A stretch of DNA of 64,000 bases from Rhabdochlamydiaceae bacterium (GCA_035478495.1 DATIJP010000064.1:5385-69384), one strand, 5' to 3'. Numbered from the stretch's first letter, positions 1 to 9,897 are shown. Numbers and translations: made by a program. Notes: generated by a model not told the origin, from the sequence alone.

Positions 1-1273
1 TGTCCTTTCATTCATGATTGCTGCCCTCATTTGTGTCTTTGCTGGCCTCTGCTATGCTGAGCTTGCCTCAATTATTCCTCTTGCTGGAGGCTCTTATTCC
101 TATACTTATGTTGCTATGGGGGAATTTCCTGCTTGGATCATAGGATGGTCCGTTGTCATTCAATATCTTGCTTCTGCTTGCGCTGTCGCTGTTGGCTGGT
201 CAGGCTATTTTGTGAGCATATTGGGAGATTTTGGCATTCACCTGCCTTCCAACTTGGCGTCAGTGCCACTGACTCATAGTGCAGAAACAGGATGGCAAGC
301 CACAGGCAGTCTAATCAACTTACCAGCTGTAATTTTAGTCTTTCTCATTACCACTTTGATCTCCGTTGGAATCAGGGCGGTTGCCAAATTCAATAATCTC
401 ATGGTGTTCATCAAATTGAGCACAATTCTCCTATTCGTTGTTTTTGGCATCCAATACATTCAGGTTGCCAATTGGCATCCCTTCATCCCTGAAAATACAG
501 GAGTTTTTGGAGAATTCGGCTGGAGTGGAATATTGCGCGGCGCTGGACTAGTATTTTTTGCTTATAATGGCTTTGATACTGTTTCCACTCTTTCACAAGA
601 GGCCATCAATCCACAAAAAGATGTGCCCAGAGGGATCCTTGGTTCTTTAGGAATCTCTACAATTGCCTATGTTGCCACCGTGCTCGTTTTAACAGGGATT
701 GCAAACTATACACTTCTCGGCGTCTCTGATCCTATGTCTGTTGCGCTCAATGCAATGGGGGCTAAATTTCTTTGGCTTAGCTTTACTGTAAAGTTTGCCA
801 TTCTCGTTGCTTTAGCTTCAGTGGTTCTCGCGCAATTGCTCGGACAAACGCGCATTTTCTTTGCCATGAGCAAAGATGGTCTGCTTCCAAAACGTCTTTC
901 AAAAGTGCATCACCGCTTTGGCACGCCTCTATTCAATACGGCTCTTACAGGTGTTATCTGTGCATTGATCGCGGGCTTTTTTCCTATAAATATCTTAGGT
1001 TATTTGGTCTCTCTGGCTGTCTTGCTGGTTTTTGGAATTGTTTGCTTAGGAGTTTTGATCCTTCGCTTCACCCACCCAGAATATCACAGACCCTTTAAGG
1101 TTCCTTTTGTCCCTTATGTTCCTCTTGCAGGACTGCTCGCTTGCTTGGCGCAAATGTTTTTCTTGCCGCTCACCACTTGGATACAACTGCTCTGCTGGCT
1201 TGTCATTGGCCTCCTCATTTACTTCACTTACAGCATCAGACATAGCAAAATCCGCAAAGCTGCAAAAAGATAG
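1..1273 (+). CDS. Amino acid permease, APC superfamily (YfnA / cationic amino acid transporter-like); 5' end lies outside the window
   Basis: The reading frame is open from nt 2 (ORF track 14..1273). The protein is polytopic and hydrophobic, with the APC-type motif FAGLCYAELASIIPLAGGSYSYTYV near the N-terminus and a basic C-terminal tail. About 50 N-terminal residues typical of the family are missing. Confidence 0.8.
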   Translation, partial: VLSFMIAALICVFAGLCYAELASIIPLAGGSYSYTYVAMGEFPAWIIGWSVVIQYLASACAVAVGWSGYFVSILGDFGIHLPSNLASVPLTHSAETGWQATGSLINLPAVILVFLITTLISVGIRAVAKFNNLMVFIKLSTILLFVVFGIQYIQVANWHPFIPENTGVFGEFGWSGILRGAGLVFFAYNGFDTVSTLSQEAINPQKDVPRGILGSLGISTIAYVATVLVLTGIANYTLLGVSDPMSVALNAMGAKFLWLSFTVKFAILVALASVVLAQLLGQTRIFFAMSKDGLLPKRLSKVHHRFGTPLFNTALTGVICALIAGFFPINILGYLVSLAVLLVFGIVCLGVLILRFTHPEYHRPFKVPFVPYVPLAGLLACLAQMFFLPLTTWIQLLCWLVIGLLIYFTYSIRHSKIRKAAKR

Positions 1274-1300
1274 CTTGTTTCTTTGCGGGTAAAAAGAAGA

Positions 1301-1480
1301 AAAATAGCAGGATGGCAGGATAAACAGGATAAAAGATTAGCCACGGCGTCCTATGATTTTTTTGTGCGTCCGCATGCAAAAGCGCTTCATTTTTCCTCCT
1401 GTCCATCCTGCCATCCTGCTATTTTTCTTAATTTCTTAATCTTGTTCTTTTATCCTGGCCATCCTGCCATCCTGCTACTT
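1301..1480. repeat. Family A intergenic repeat (CAGGAT/ATCCTG hexamer arrays in inverted orientation), copy A1
   Basis: AGCAGGATGGCAGGAT lies at 1306-1321. Its exact reverse complement ATCCTGCCATCCTGCT lies at 1405-1420 and again at 1461-1476. The same 16-mers recur at 32.6 kb and 43.7 kb. The 74-aa ORF 1283..1507 lies entirely in this repeat and is probably spurious. Confidence 0.8.
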
Positions 1481-1544
1481 TTCTTAAAAAAATGCTGCGC
1501 ACCTTAGTTTGACTTTATTTTTTTTCAGAGTAGAATAGGACTCT

Positions 1545-2732
1545 ATGAAAAAAGATTTATCTCATTTACTTGCCAAAGAGCTAGAGAAACTAAAAGAGAG
1601 CGGCTTATACAAAAAAGAACGCGTGATCACCTCGCCTCAACAAGCGGAAATTAAAATCCAGGGCGGACAAGAAGTAATCAATTTGTGCGCCAATAATTAT
1701 TTGGGCCTTGCCAATAACCGCACTCTTATTCAAACAGCACAGAAAACTTTGGATGATCACGGCTTTGGACTCTCCTCCGTGCGCTTTATTTGCGGTACGC
1801 AAGATATTCATAAGGAATTGGAAAAACGGCTCAGTCAGTTTTTGAAGATGGAAGACACGATCCTCTATTCTTCCTGCTTTGATGCCAACGGAGGATTATT
1901 TGAAACGCTCTTTACCGCCGAAGATGCAATCATCAGCGATGAACTGAACCATGCAAGCATTATCGATGGAATTCGCCTTTGCAAAGCGGGGCGCTTTCGC
2001 TATCGCAATAATGATATGGCTGATCTCGAGGCTAAATTGCAAGAAGCTAAGACGAGTCGATTTCGACTGATTGTCACCGACGGCGTTTTTTCCATGGACG
2101 GGATCATTGCCGATTTAAAACGGATTTGCGATCTCTCCGATCAGTATGATGCCTTAGTGATGGTCGATGATTCCCATGCAGTGGGATTCATCGGTGAGCA
2201 TGGTCGTGGCACGCACGAATATTGCGGAGTGATGGACCGAATCGACATTATAACAGGAACTCTAGGAAAAGCACTCGGAGGCGCCTCAGGAGGCTATACA
2301 AGTGGAAACAAGAAAATTATCGAATGGCTGCGTCAGCGTTCACGCCCCTATCTTTTTTCCAACACAGTGGCACCTGTGATTGTTGGGACCTCTTTAAAAG
2401 TTCTCGATTTTCTTGAATCGGGAAGCAATCTGAGAAAGAAACTCATGGACAATACTCAATATTTCCGCTCCCGTATGGAAAAAAGTGGATTTACTCTCAT
2501 TCCTGGACACCATCCGATTATTCCGGTCATGATTGGAGATGCAAAACTTTCAAGTCTACTGGCAGATCGATTGCTTCATGAGGGGATTTATGTGATCAGT
2601 TTTTCTTATCCGGTGGTCCCTGAAGGAAAAGCGCGTATCCGCACGCAAATTTCAGCCGCCCATGAAAAAGAGCATCTGGACCGTGCATGCGAAGCATTTG
2701 TCAAAGCCGGTCGGGAATTAAAAATCATTTGA
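1545..2732 (+). CDS. kbl: 2-amino-3-ketobutyrate CoA ligase (glycine C-acetyltransferase)
   Basis: 395 aa, full-length alpha-oxoamine synthase pattern with [24 protein letters not shown] and the PLP-lysine context [15 protein letters not shown]. It sits directly upstream of tdh, the classic kbl-tdh pair. Confidence 0.9.
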   Translation: MKKDLSHLLAKELEKLKESGLYKKERVITSPQQAEIKIQGGQEVINLCANNYLGLANNRTLIQTAQKTLDDHGFGLSSVRFICGTQDIHKELEKRLSQFLKMEDTILYSSCFDANGGLFETLFTAEDAIISDELNHASIIDGIRLCKAGRFRYRNNDMADLEAKLQEAKTSRFRLIVTDGVFSMDGIIADLKRICDLSDQYDALVMVDDSHAVGFIGEHGRGTHEYCGVMDRIDIITGTLGKALGGASGGYTSGNKKIIEWLRQRSRPYLFSNTVAPVIVGTSLKVLDFLESGSNLRKKLMDNTQYFRSRMEKSGFTLIPGHHPIIPVMIGDAKLSSLLADRLLHEGIYVISFSYPVVPEGKARIRTQISAAHEKEHLDRACEAFVKAGRELKII

Positions 2733-2742
2733 AGAGGGTGCG

Positions 2743-3765
2743 ATGAAAGCATTAGGCAAGTTGAAAAAAGAACCGGGCATTTGGCTGTATGATGCGCCAA
2801 AACCGGTGATCGGACCAACCGAGGTGCTAATCAAAGTGAAAAGAACTGCGATTTGCGGCACCGACCTTCATATTTATAAATGGGATGAGTGGGCGCAAAA
2901 GACGATTCCTGTGCCTATTACCACAGGGCATGAATTTTTTGGGATTATCGAAGAGGTCGGCAAGGATGTAAAAGGATTGAAACCTGGCGATCGAGTGGCA
3001 GGTGAAGGACATCTCGTCTGTGGGATATGCCGTAATTGTCGTGCGGGCAGAGGCCATCTCTGCAGGAATACAAAAGGCATCGGAGTCAATACGACTGGTT
3101 GCTTTGCAGAATATATTGCCATGCCTGCCAGTAATGCTTATCTTTTGCCACCTGAAATTAGCGATATGGTCGCTTCTTTCTTAGATCCGCTTGGAAATGC
3201 AGTCCATACAACTCTCTCATTTGATTTAGTCGGAGAAGATGTTTTAGTGACAGGAGCTGGACCGATCGGCATCATGTGCGCCTTGATCGCCCACCATGTT
3301 GGTGCTCGCAAGGTCGTCATTACGGACGTCAATGAATACAGGCTTAACTTAGCTCGCAAAATGGGATTGAAACATTGTGAAAATATCACCAAAGTCAAAC
3401 TCACCGAAGTCATGAAAAAATTGAAAATTGTCGAAGGTTTTGACATTGCCTTAGAAAATTCGGGTAGCCCTGCAGCACTTCAGCAGATTCTCGATGTGAT
3501 CAATTTTGGTGGAAAGGTCGCATTACTTGGGATTTTGCCTAAAGCAGAAATCGAGTGGAGCAAGGTGATCTTTAAGAGTTTGATCCTCAAAGGAATTTAC
3601 GGAAGAGAAATGTACGAGACCTGGTATAAAATGATTGCGCTATTGCAAAGCGGACTAGAGGTCGAAGGAATCGCCACCCATATCTTCAAAGCCGATGACT
3701 ATCAAAAGGCCTTTGATGTCATTCAAAAAGGCGAATGCGGCAAAGTTGTCTTAGACTGGGATTAG
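2743..3765 (+). CDS. tdh: L-threonine 3-dehydrogenase (Zn-dependent MDR family)
   Basis: 340 aa with the catalytic Zn motif [12 protein letters not shown], the structural Zn cysteine cluster [15 protein letters not shown] and the Rossmann motif VTGAGPIG. It starts 10 nt after kbl. Confidence 0.9.
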   Translation: MKALGKLKKEPGIWLYDAPKPVIGPTEVLIKVKRTAICGTDLHIYKWDEWAQKTIPVPITTGHEFFGIIEEVGKDVKGLKPGDRVAGEGHLVCGICRNCRAGRGHLCRNTKGIGVNTTGCFAEYIAMPASNAYLLPPEISDMVASFLDPLGNAVHTTLSFDLVGEDVLVTGAGPIGIMCALIAHHVGARKVVITDVNEYRLNLARKMGLKHCENITKVKLTEVMKKLKIVEGFDIALENSGSPAALQQILDVINFGGKVALLGILPKAEIEWSKVIFKSLILKGIYGREMYETWYKMIALLQSGLEVEGIATHIFKADDYQKAFDVIQKGECGKVVLDWD

Positions 3766-3770
3766 ACAAA

Positions 3771-4036
3771 TTATTTCTCCCTCTGTGTTCTGTGGTCAAT
3801 TAGCCACCGGCAAAGTCTCTTTTTTGCCGTACAGCAGGTTTGAAAGATTCTGCATCGTTAATTAAAAGATTTACCACAGAGGCATAGAGGGCACAGAGAG
3901 AAGAAGAGTTCATTTTTTTTGCGCGCGAAGCAAAAAAAATGGACTTCTATTTTTTTCGGTTCGCTCCCGAAAAAAATAAAAAAACTCCTCCGAACTCTGT
4001 TTCTCCGTGGCTCTGTGGTTAAAATTTCTTTTTTTT
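3771..4036. repeat. Family C intergenic repeat (CCACAGAG / CTCTGTGG terminal inverted repeats around an A/T-stem hairpin), composite copy C1
   Basis: A half-site TTATTTCTCCCTCTGTGTTCTGTGGT lies at 3771-3796. A full unit ACCACAGAGGCA...CACAGAGAG...TTTTTTTTGCGCGCGAAGCAAAAAAAA...CTCCGTGGCTCTGTGGTT lies at 3873-4020. It is the reverse complement of the unit at 9789-9897 plus an internal duplication. ORFs 3858..4190(-) and 3919..4134(+) are repeat artefacts. Confidence 0.8.
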
Positions 4037-4084
4037 CACACCAGGGCATCTTTGAAGATGCCCTCTTGCATGAATTGCACGAAC

Positions 4085-4426
4085 TTACATTGCTCTTGCT
4101 TGATCTGCAGAACAATTCATTTTGTATAAAATGAATGGCCCTAAGGGTGCTTTGAAAGGTGCGGCATTTTGAAAGATTCCATTGACCCAATCAACTAAAA
4201 CAAAATGCACATGTTTGATCGCACCTTCTTGATTCACAAAAGAAAGTGTAAATTTGCTCTTTTCTTCCCCTAGACGAATCAAATAAGAGAAAGCAGGCTG
4301 TCCCTCTAAGATCTGCTCTGCTTCTTGAACATTTACCTCTCCTTTCCAACCATGTCTGTTTAATTCATCATTAAGATTGAAACGAAATGCCACAACTGAA
4401 GAAGTCCCGCATCGTGCTTTCAACAT
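4085..4426 (-). CDS. Small protein consisting essentially of one eukaryotic-type SH2-like domain
   Basis: 113 aa with an ATG start and a GGGGG SD-like run 5 nt upstream. The motif string W-KGEV-x3-EAEQIL...FSYLIRLGEE...FTLSFV...IKHVHF matches the SH2 consensus W-x-G-x-I-x2-x-EAE-x-L ... FL[VI]R-x-S ... Y-x-LS[VF] ... [VI]KH[YF]-x-[IF], including the phosphotyrosine-binding Arg of the FLVRES strand. Confidence 0.6.
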   Translation of the reverse strand: MLKARCGTSSVVAFRFNLNDELNRHGWKGEVNVQEAEQILEGQPAFSYLIRLGEEKSKFTLSFVNQEGAIKHVHFVLVDWVNGIFQNAAPFKAPLGPFILYKMNCSADQARAM

Positions 4427-4514
4427 AAATACCCCCGGTTAAGGTTAAAAAAAGATTAAGAAATAAGAAAGATTACATAACCGGAATATGAATGCAAGGA
4501 TATTTAAAAAAAAA

Positions 4515-7500
4515 TCAAATATCGTGGTCGATATAGGCCCATTTGAAATCAACTCCCCCTGTGTCAAAATGGAGAGCTTGATGCAGATGTTTTTTTTGCA
4601 TGTAATGGAAAACTTCATAAAAAATAGGAACAACTGGCATCTCAGTCACGAGAATCTTTTCAGCCATTTTTAAAAGTTCAAGTCGTTTAATGGAATCTAT
4701 CTCTTGCTGGGCCTCATCAAGGAGCTTTTGAAATTCTTGATTTTCCCATTTCGCGAAATTCACTTTGTTAGTGCGATATTTGAATGCATTTAGTGTATAG
4801 ATAGCATCATTTACCCAGGATTTCCAAGCAATGCCGCCCACGTGGTAATCCCCTTGGACCATTTTATTAAATAGAGTGTGGAATTCATAATTTTCCTGTT
4901 GGCAAAAAATGCCAAGCACTTTCTCAAGCTGACTTTTAAGAAGTCTGATTATTTTTTCGCGCATCTTATCTGCAGTATAAATAAAGGAAATCACCGGAAA
5001 GTCATCTCTTGTGATGCCAAGCTCGGCAAGCGCTTCTTCAAAAAGTTTGACGGCCAGTTTTTGATCCCCGCGAATCATTGAAGCATCGTAATTTTGCGTA
5101 TGGTCAAGGGGCAAAGGACTGGCCGCAGGCAAACATTCATAAGACAAATGCTTAACCAATTCTTCTCGATTGATCGCATAAGCAAAAGCCTGTCTAATTT
5201 TAGGGTGCTGGAAGGGAAATTTTTCGGTATTGAAAATGCACCAATAGATGCCAAGGGGGCTTGCAAGAACGGTCTCTTTTGAGCCCTCTTCAAAAAATGG
5301 TTCCCATGGACGCATCGGCCTGCCAATCCAATCAATTTCATCTTTTTTAAACATCTCATTGGCAATGATTGCATTGCTTTTTGAAATGAGAATACGTTCC
5401 AAAGATACAGCTTGCTTGTCCCAATAACAATGATTTTTGACAAATTCCATTCCTGTATTTGGATTAAAAGATTTCAGTTTGAATGGCCCATTGCAGACAT
5501 AAACATCCTCTTGTCCCTGCGACCAATTGGGATGAATTTTATCAATCAAATGATTGACAGGCGCATACAAAGGATAGGCCGTAAGCTCTAAGAACTCAGG
5601 AGTAGGATGCTCAAGCTGGATCACCAAAGTTGTGTCATCAATGGCGCGCACCCCAACATCATCTATAGGTAAATTCCCCTCTTTTGCTGCTTTTGCATTT
5701 TTAATGGGATAGAAAAAGTAAGCAAATGGCGTTGAAAATTTAGGAGAGAGGACTTTTTTCCAAGCATACTCAAAATCATAAGCAATCACACGGGTCTCAT
5801 TGGACCAATAACATTCGCGCAATTTAAAGATATACTGCTTAAAATCCTTAGAGATTTCCACAGACTTTGCAATAGAAAGCATCGGCTTGCTTCCATGCCC
5901 GATGCGTGTGAGACCATCAAAGAGCATTTTTAAAATAGGACCTGAAAGCATATCGCCGCTAAAACGCGGATCAAGGATACGCGGAAGATCAAGAAAACTG
6001 AGTTTGAGAACTTGTTGATTTTTAACTTTTTTGGTCCACTCCTTGAGTTGTCTTAAAATTGCTTCTGCGAAGAGTTCCTGTTTGGCCTCCTCTGAAGTTT
6101 CGTAAATGTAACCTAGAATTAATGATCCTTGGAAATTCACCTGAGTTTTGATGAGAGACTTTGAAAAATTATCAAAACGATACACACCGTCCGCCAAAGC
6201 TTCCTTGATCGATGGCTCTCTTGCGCGCACCACAACATAGGTAATATTTTTATCTTTCTCTATTTTCCAAAAACAACTTTCCTTCTTTGGCATTTCGACT
6301 TCTATCGCTTCTAAATAAAGATAAAAAAGTTTCTGGATAGAAGAAAGAGGCAAGGTGGCCTGCATTTCAATCGGGTTTAAAGAGAAAAAGAAGTTTTCCA
6401 AAAGCTCATGATTTCTCTCTGCGACCTCTTTAAAAATATCCTTAAATTGAGAAAAGAGCTCCCCCTGCTTTAAGATCATTCCACCATTGAAGTCGCGGAT
6501 ATCGCCTAAAACCTCATGAAGAATTTGCACGACCTTCTGTCTTGCTAAATAAAAATTTACTGACGAATCAGCCCGCAAAATACCGCGATCTTTAGGAATG
6601 ACAAGATGAAATACATTGGCCTCTTTAGGTGTTCTTTTCCGCAAATAACCTACCGTTTGCACGCGCTCAGGAATATATTTGACTGGCGTGCTTGATCTTT
6701 GAAAACATTTTTCTAAAGGCTGATCTGTCCTTTTAAGCAATCTGACGAGCACTAGTGTAAAGTACATGTCAGTGGGCGTCTGCTTTTCTAGTGAAATCAT
6801 CACTTGAGGAAAGTCGGAGAGATATTTTAATTCTTGGTTGAGAAGAAGAATGTTTTTCATGATCTCTTCTTCATTTCGAATCATAAAAACAGAGGGAATG
6901 AGCTTTTCAATCCGTTTTTTTAATTCATCTTCTAATTCAAGTTTAAGAGTGCGGATCTCACTTTGCGAAAAACCCATTCCATCTTTTTTTTCTAATTCTA
7001 CATAGAGCAACCGAACGGGGTCTTTATATCCTTGATAGGCAAAAAAGGAATCTTTCACGATATGAACACTATCGATAAATTTTAACATGGCAGACAGAAT
7101 ATGCGTTTCTTCAAAGGATTCATATTTGTCAAACAGTGTGAGCCCGATGGCGAGGCCTAAAACAGGCTTTGAACCAAATGGGAATCGAAGCTGAGTGCGG
7201 ATCAAGCGGACTTCCAGATATCTTTTTTCTGGGAATAAACTAATTTCCCGTGAGAGTTTTTTATGCATCAAGTGATGGGATGCGACGAGCCTTGTGACAT
7301 GGCGATGAGGTCTGAAATCACGAAAGTCCTTGTTGGACAAGGCTAAAAATCTGCCCATTTCAGTGAAAATTTCTTTGCTAAAGTCATTAGGCCTTTTATT
7401 GATCAGTCGGATCAATTCTTGATGGATGCAAGTCCCTTTTTGGTCATAAGAAAGCGCTTTGGTGTCCAAAAGATATTCAGCATATTTTGAAGAAGTGATA

Positions 7501-8039
7501 GCAAGCGCCAATTCTTTCGAAAGGATAGGAAGATTATTTTGAATGGCTCCAAGATCTCTACCATCTTCAATGAGGATTTTTAATTCAGAAATAAAGAAAA
7601 GCTCGCAGCCGATTTCTCGAAGATGGCAATACATGTTCTGAAATGAGAGAATCTGAATTTCTCTTTCAGGGATCAGCCATTTTTTGATCACATCAAGCAA
7701 AATATTTTCAGTCTTGACATCTTTTGAAGGCTTGCAAAATAAATAAATCGACAAAGTATCAGGGGTGGCATCGATCTCATTCCACTGAATGAGGGGCAGG
7801 CTTCTATTTAACCACTCCTGCATTTCGCTCTTTTCTTTGAGCAGAAACTCTTTGCAGAGCATCTTGGCAAGAATTTTTTTCATCTGCAAGAGATGTTCAA
7901 CGAGTGCTCTCGATTTAGTCGAATGGGGAAGATAGGGCTGAATATCAAAACAAAAAAAGTGCGCATCCTCTTCGTTTTTTAAAGAAGGCTGCTCCACCTC
8001 CAAAATGGGCTTAGAGTCCAGTAGATCCAACACCTGCAC
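4515..8039 (-). CDS. Large leaderless protein: unknown ~680-aa N-terminal region fused to a family-5 solute-binding (OppA/DppA-like) domain
   Basis: 1174-aa ORF. The codon at 8039 is GTG, so the exact start is uncertain. The C-terminal ~490 aa align by eye with the neighbouring OppA: FDGLTRIGHGSKP vs FEGLMCTGPDGKI; IAYDFEYAWKKVL vs TAFDFEYTWKTLL; YWD; FAYAINREEL vs FTYAIDRQAI; the end of the domain is also conserved. I see no signal peptide or lipobox at the N-terminus. Confidence 0.7.
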   Translation of the reverse strand: MQVLDLLDSKPILEVEQPSLKNEEDAHFFCFDIQPYLPHSTKSRALVEHLLQMKKILAKMLCKEFLLKEKSEMQEWLNRSLPLIQWNEIDATPDTLSIYLFCKPSKDVKTENILLDVIKKWLIPEREIQILSFQNMYCHLREIGCELFFISELKILIEDGRDLGAIQNNLPILSKELALAITSSKYAEYLLDTKALSYDQKGTCIHQELIRLINKRPNDFSKEIFTEMGRFLALSNKDFRDFRPHRHVTRLVASHHLMHKKLSREISLFPEKRYLEVRLIRTQLRFPFGSKPVLGLAIGLTLFDKYESFEETHILSAMLKFIDSVHIVKDSFFAYQGYKDPVRLLYVELEKKDGMGFSQSEIRTLKLELEDELKKRIEKLIPSVFMIRNEEEIMKNILLLNQELKYLSDFPQVMISLEKQTPTDMYFTLVLVRLLKRTDQPLEKCFQRSSTPVKYIPERVQTVGYLRKRTPKEANVFHLVIPKDRGILRADSSVNFYLARQKVVQILHEVLGDIRDFNGGMILKQGELFSQFKDIFKEVAERNHELLENFFFSLNPIEMQATLPLSSIQKLFYLYLEAIEVEMPKKESCFWKIEKDKNITYVVVRAREPSIKEALADGVYRFDNFSKSLIKTQVNFQGSLILGYIYETSEEAKQELFAEAILRQLKEWTKKVKNQQVLKLSFLDLPRILDPRFSGDMLSGPILKMLFDGLTRIGHGSKPMLSIAKSVEISKDFKQYIFKLRECYWSNETRVIAYDFEYAWKKVLSPKFSTPFAYFFYPIKNAKAAKEGNLPIDDVGVRAIDDTTLVIQLEHPTPEFLELTAYPLYAPVNHLIDKIHPNWSQGQEDVYVCNGPFKLKSFNPNTGMEFVKNHCYWDKQAVSLERILISKSNAIIANEMFKKDEIDWIGRPMRPWEPFFEEGSKETVLASPLGIYWCIFNTEKFPFQHPKIRQAFAYAINREELVKHLSYECLPAASPLPLDHTQNYDASMIRGDQKLAVKLFEEALAELGITRDDFPVISFIYTADKMREKIIRLLKSQLEKVLGIFCQQENYEFHTLFNKMVQGDYHVGGIAWKSWVNDAIYTLNAFKYRTNKVNFAKWENQEFQKLLDEAQQEIDSIKRLELLKMAEKILVTEMPVVPIFYEVFHYMQKKHLHQALHFDTGGVDFKWAYIDHDI

Positions 8040-8155
8040 ACCTTAGAATTTTTGATGAATTTAAAATATATGGCCAAATTTTTCAAAGACTCTTTAATTT
8101 TTCTTCAATTTTTTCTGTAAAATAAACCCGCTCCAGGGTATCCTTTACGCACAAA

Positions 8156-9772
8156 ATGATTGCACTGCGTTTATTTTTTTGTTGGTCCATCATGCTGATT
8201 TGTGCCGGATGTCAGGAATCTACTCCTTCCTCTTCTCATATACAATCCAAAATGCTCAGCCTTAGTTTGCCTGGCGATTTGGACGCATTTGATCCGCGCT
8301 ATGTGATTTCTTCTCCCTCAATATTGGCTATTAAAATGGTTTTTGAAGGCCTAATGTGTACTGGCCCCGATGGAAAAATCACTCCTGCAATTGCTGAGAG
8401 CCTTGAAATTTCAGAAGATCAAAAATTCTATACTTTTCATTTGCGTCCTTGCCAATGGTCGAATGGGGATGAGATCACAGCTTTTGATTTTGAATATACA
8501 TGGAAAACACTTCTCGACCCAAACCTAAACACAAAAGGAAAACATAACTTTTACGCCATTAAAAACGCTGAAGCTATTGTTCACGGGAAATTGCCTTTGA
8601 GCGCATTGGGAGTGAAAGTGATCGATCCTAAAACACTTGTCGTTGAATTGGAACACCCTGCCCCTTATTTTTTGGAAATTGTGGCCAGCTCTTCTTTTTT
8701 TCCTGTCAATTCCCGCATCGATCGAGAGTCGCCAGATTGGGCCAAAAATGCCGGAGAACAATTTGTTTGCAATGGACCCTTTCTTCTTTCGAAACATAAG
8801 CAAGAAGATGAAATGATCTTCATCAAAAATCCCGACTATTGGGATGCCGAGCATGTCCAGTTGCCAGGCATTAAAATTTGTATTATTAAAGATGCCACTA
8901 CGATGCTTAGCATGTTTGAGAAAAATGAATTAGATTGGGCAGGAAAACCACTTTCGCGCCTCCCCTTAGACGCAATTCCCCATTTAAGAGAAAAAGGGGA
9001 AATTAACCAATTTCCTTGTGCAGGTCTTGAGTGGTACGTTTTTAATGTGCATGCTTTTCCATTTAATAATAAAAAAATGCGACAAGCTTTTACTTATGCC
9101 ATCGATCGCCAGGCAATTGCAGACCATGTTCTCAAGGAAGGGGAGACACCTGCGCTTGGAATTCTTCCCCCAAGTCTTGCCACGCAAACTCAACCTTTTT
9201 TTACCGATAATAATTTAACCTTGGCCCGAAAATTATTTGATGAAGCATTAGAAGAATTGGGCCTCGAAAAAAAAGACCTTCCAGTCATCAAATTTAATTT
9301 TTCCAATTCACGCCTCATCAGTCAAAAAGTCACAGAAGCTTTGCAGCAACAATGGAAAGAGGCATTTGGCATCCTGGTAAAATTGGATCAGCGAGAAGCA
9401 AAAGTGCATTTTGATACACTGGCAAAAGGTGACTTCCAAATTGGTGGAGCGGGTTGGGTTTCTTGGTTGCGTGATCCCATCTATATCATGCAAACCTTTC
9501 GATTTGCTTCCGATAGCGTGAATTTTCCTAAGTGGGAAGATCCCGAATATCAAAGGCTGCTTGATGCAACGGACCAAGAGTTAGATCCTATCAAAAGAAA
9601 GCAGTTCTTCAATGAAGCCGAAAAAATCTTAATGGATGAATTCCCAGTTGCACCCCTTTATTACATGACAATGGCCTATGCAGTCAACAAACAGCTGAAA
9701 AATGTCTATTTATCTGAATTATTCGAAGTTGATTTCAGATGGGCCTACTTCGAAGAAGAAAGCCAGAATTAA
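8156..9772 (+). CDS. oppA: Oligopeptide-binding lipoprotein, ABC substrate-binding protein family 5
   Basis: 538 aa. Hydrophobic leader ends in a lipobox-like LICAGC. SBP_bac_5 pattern is present throughout (DPRYV, FEGLM, WSNGDEITAFDFEYTW, NPDYWD). Divergent from the 1174-aa fusion gene. Confidence 0.85.
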   Translation: MIALRLFFCWSIMLICAGCQESTPSSSHIQSKMLSLSLPGDLDAFDPRYVISSPSILAIKMVFEGLMCTGPDGKITPAIAESLEISEDQKFYTFHLRPCQWSNGDEITAFDFEYTWKTLLDPNLNTKGKHNFYAIKNAEAIVHGKLPLSALGVKVIDPKTLVVELEHPAPYFLEIVASSSFFPVNSRIDRESPDWAKNAGEQFVCNGPFLLSKHKQEDEMIFIKNPDYWDAEHVQLPGIKICIIKDATTMLSMFEKNELDWAGKPLSRLPLDAIPHLREKGEINQFPCAGLEWYVFNVHAFPFNNKKMRQAFTYAIDRQAIADHVLKEGETPALGILPPSLATQTQPFFTDNNLTLARKLFDEALEELGLEKKDLPVIKFNFSNSRLISQKVTEALQQQWKEAFGILVKLDQREAKVHFDTLAKGDFQIGGAGWVSWLRDPIYIMQTFRFASDSVNFPKWEDPEYQRLLDATDQELDPIKRKQFFNEAEKILMDEFPVAPLYYMTMAYAVNKQLKNVYLSELFEVDFRWAYFEEESQN

Positions 9773-9788
9773 GAAGCGAAATGAACAC

Positions 9789-9897
9789 AACCACAGAGAC
9801 ACGGAGATAAGGAGTTCGGAGGAGATTTATTTTTTCGCGAGCGAAGCAAAAAAATAAAACCTCATTCTTTACTCTTGCTCTCTGTGCCTCTGTGGTT
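9789..9897. repeat. Family C intergenic repeat, copy C2 (complete unit)
   Basis: AACCACAGAGACACGGAGA...TTTATTTTTTCGCGAGCGAAGCAAAAAAATAAA...CTCTCTGTGCCTCTGTGGTT. It has ~20-nt imperfect terminal inverted repeats and a central A/T-stem hairpin. It fills the spacer between the convergent oppA and lepB genes. Confidence 0.8.

Noticed and set aside
1283-1507. 74-aa ORF between the permease and kbl
   Set aside because: It lies entirely inside repeat copy A1, and its peptide simply translates the ATCCTGCC repeats (SCPSCHPAIF...PGHPAILLL). It has no SD.
3858-4190. 110-aa (-) and 71-aa (+) ORFs downstream of tdh
   Set aside because: They are translations of family C repeat DNA (LCPLCLCG is CACAGAG read through). 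They also partly overlap the better-supported SH2-like gene.
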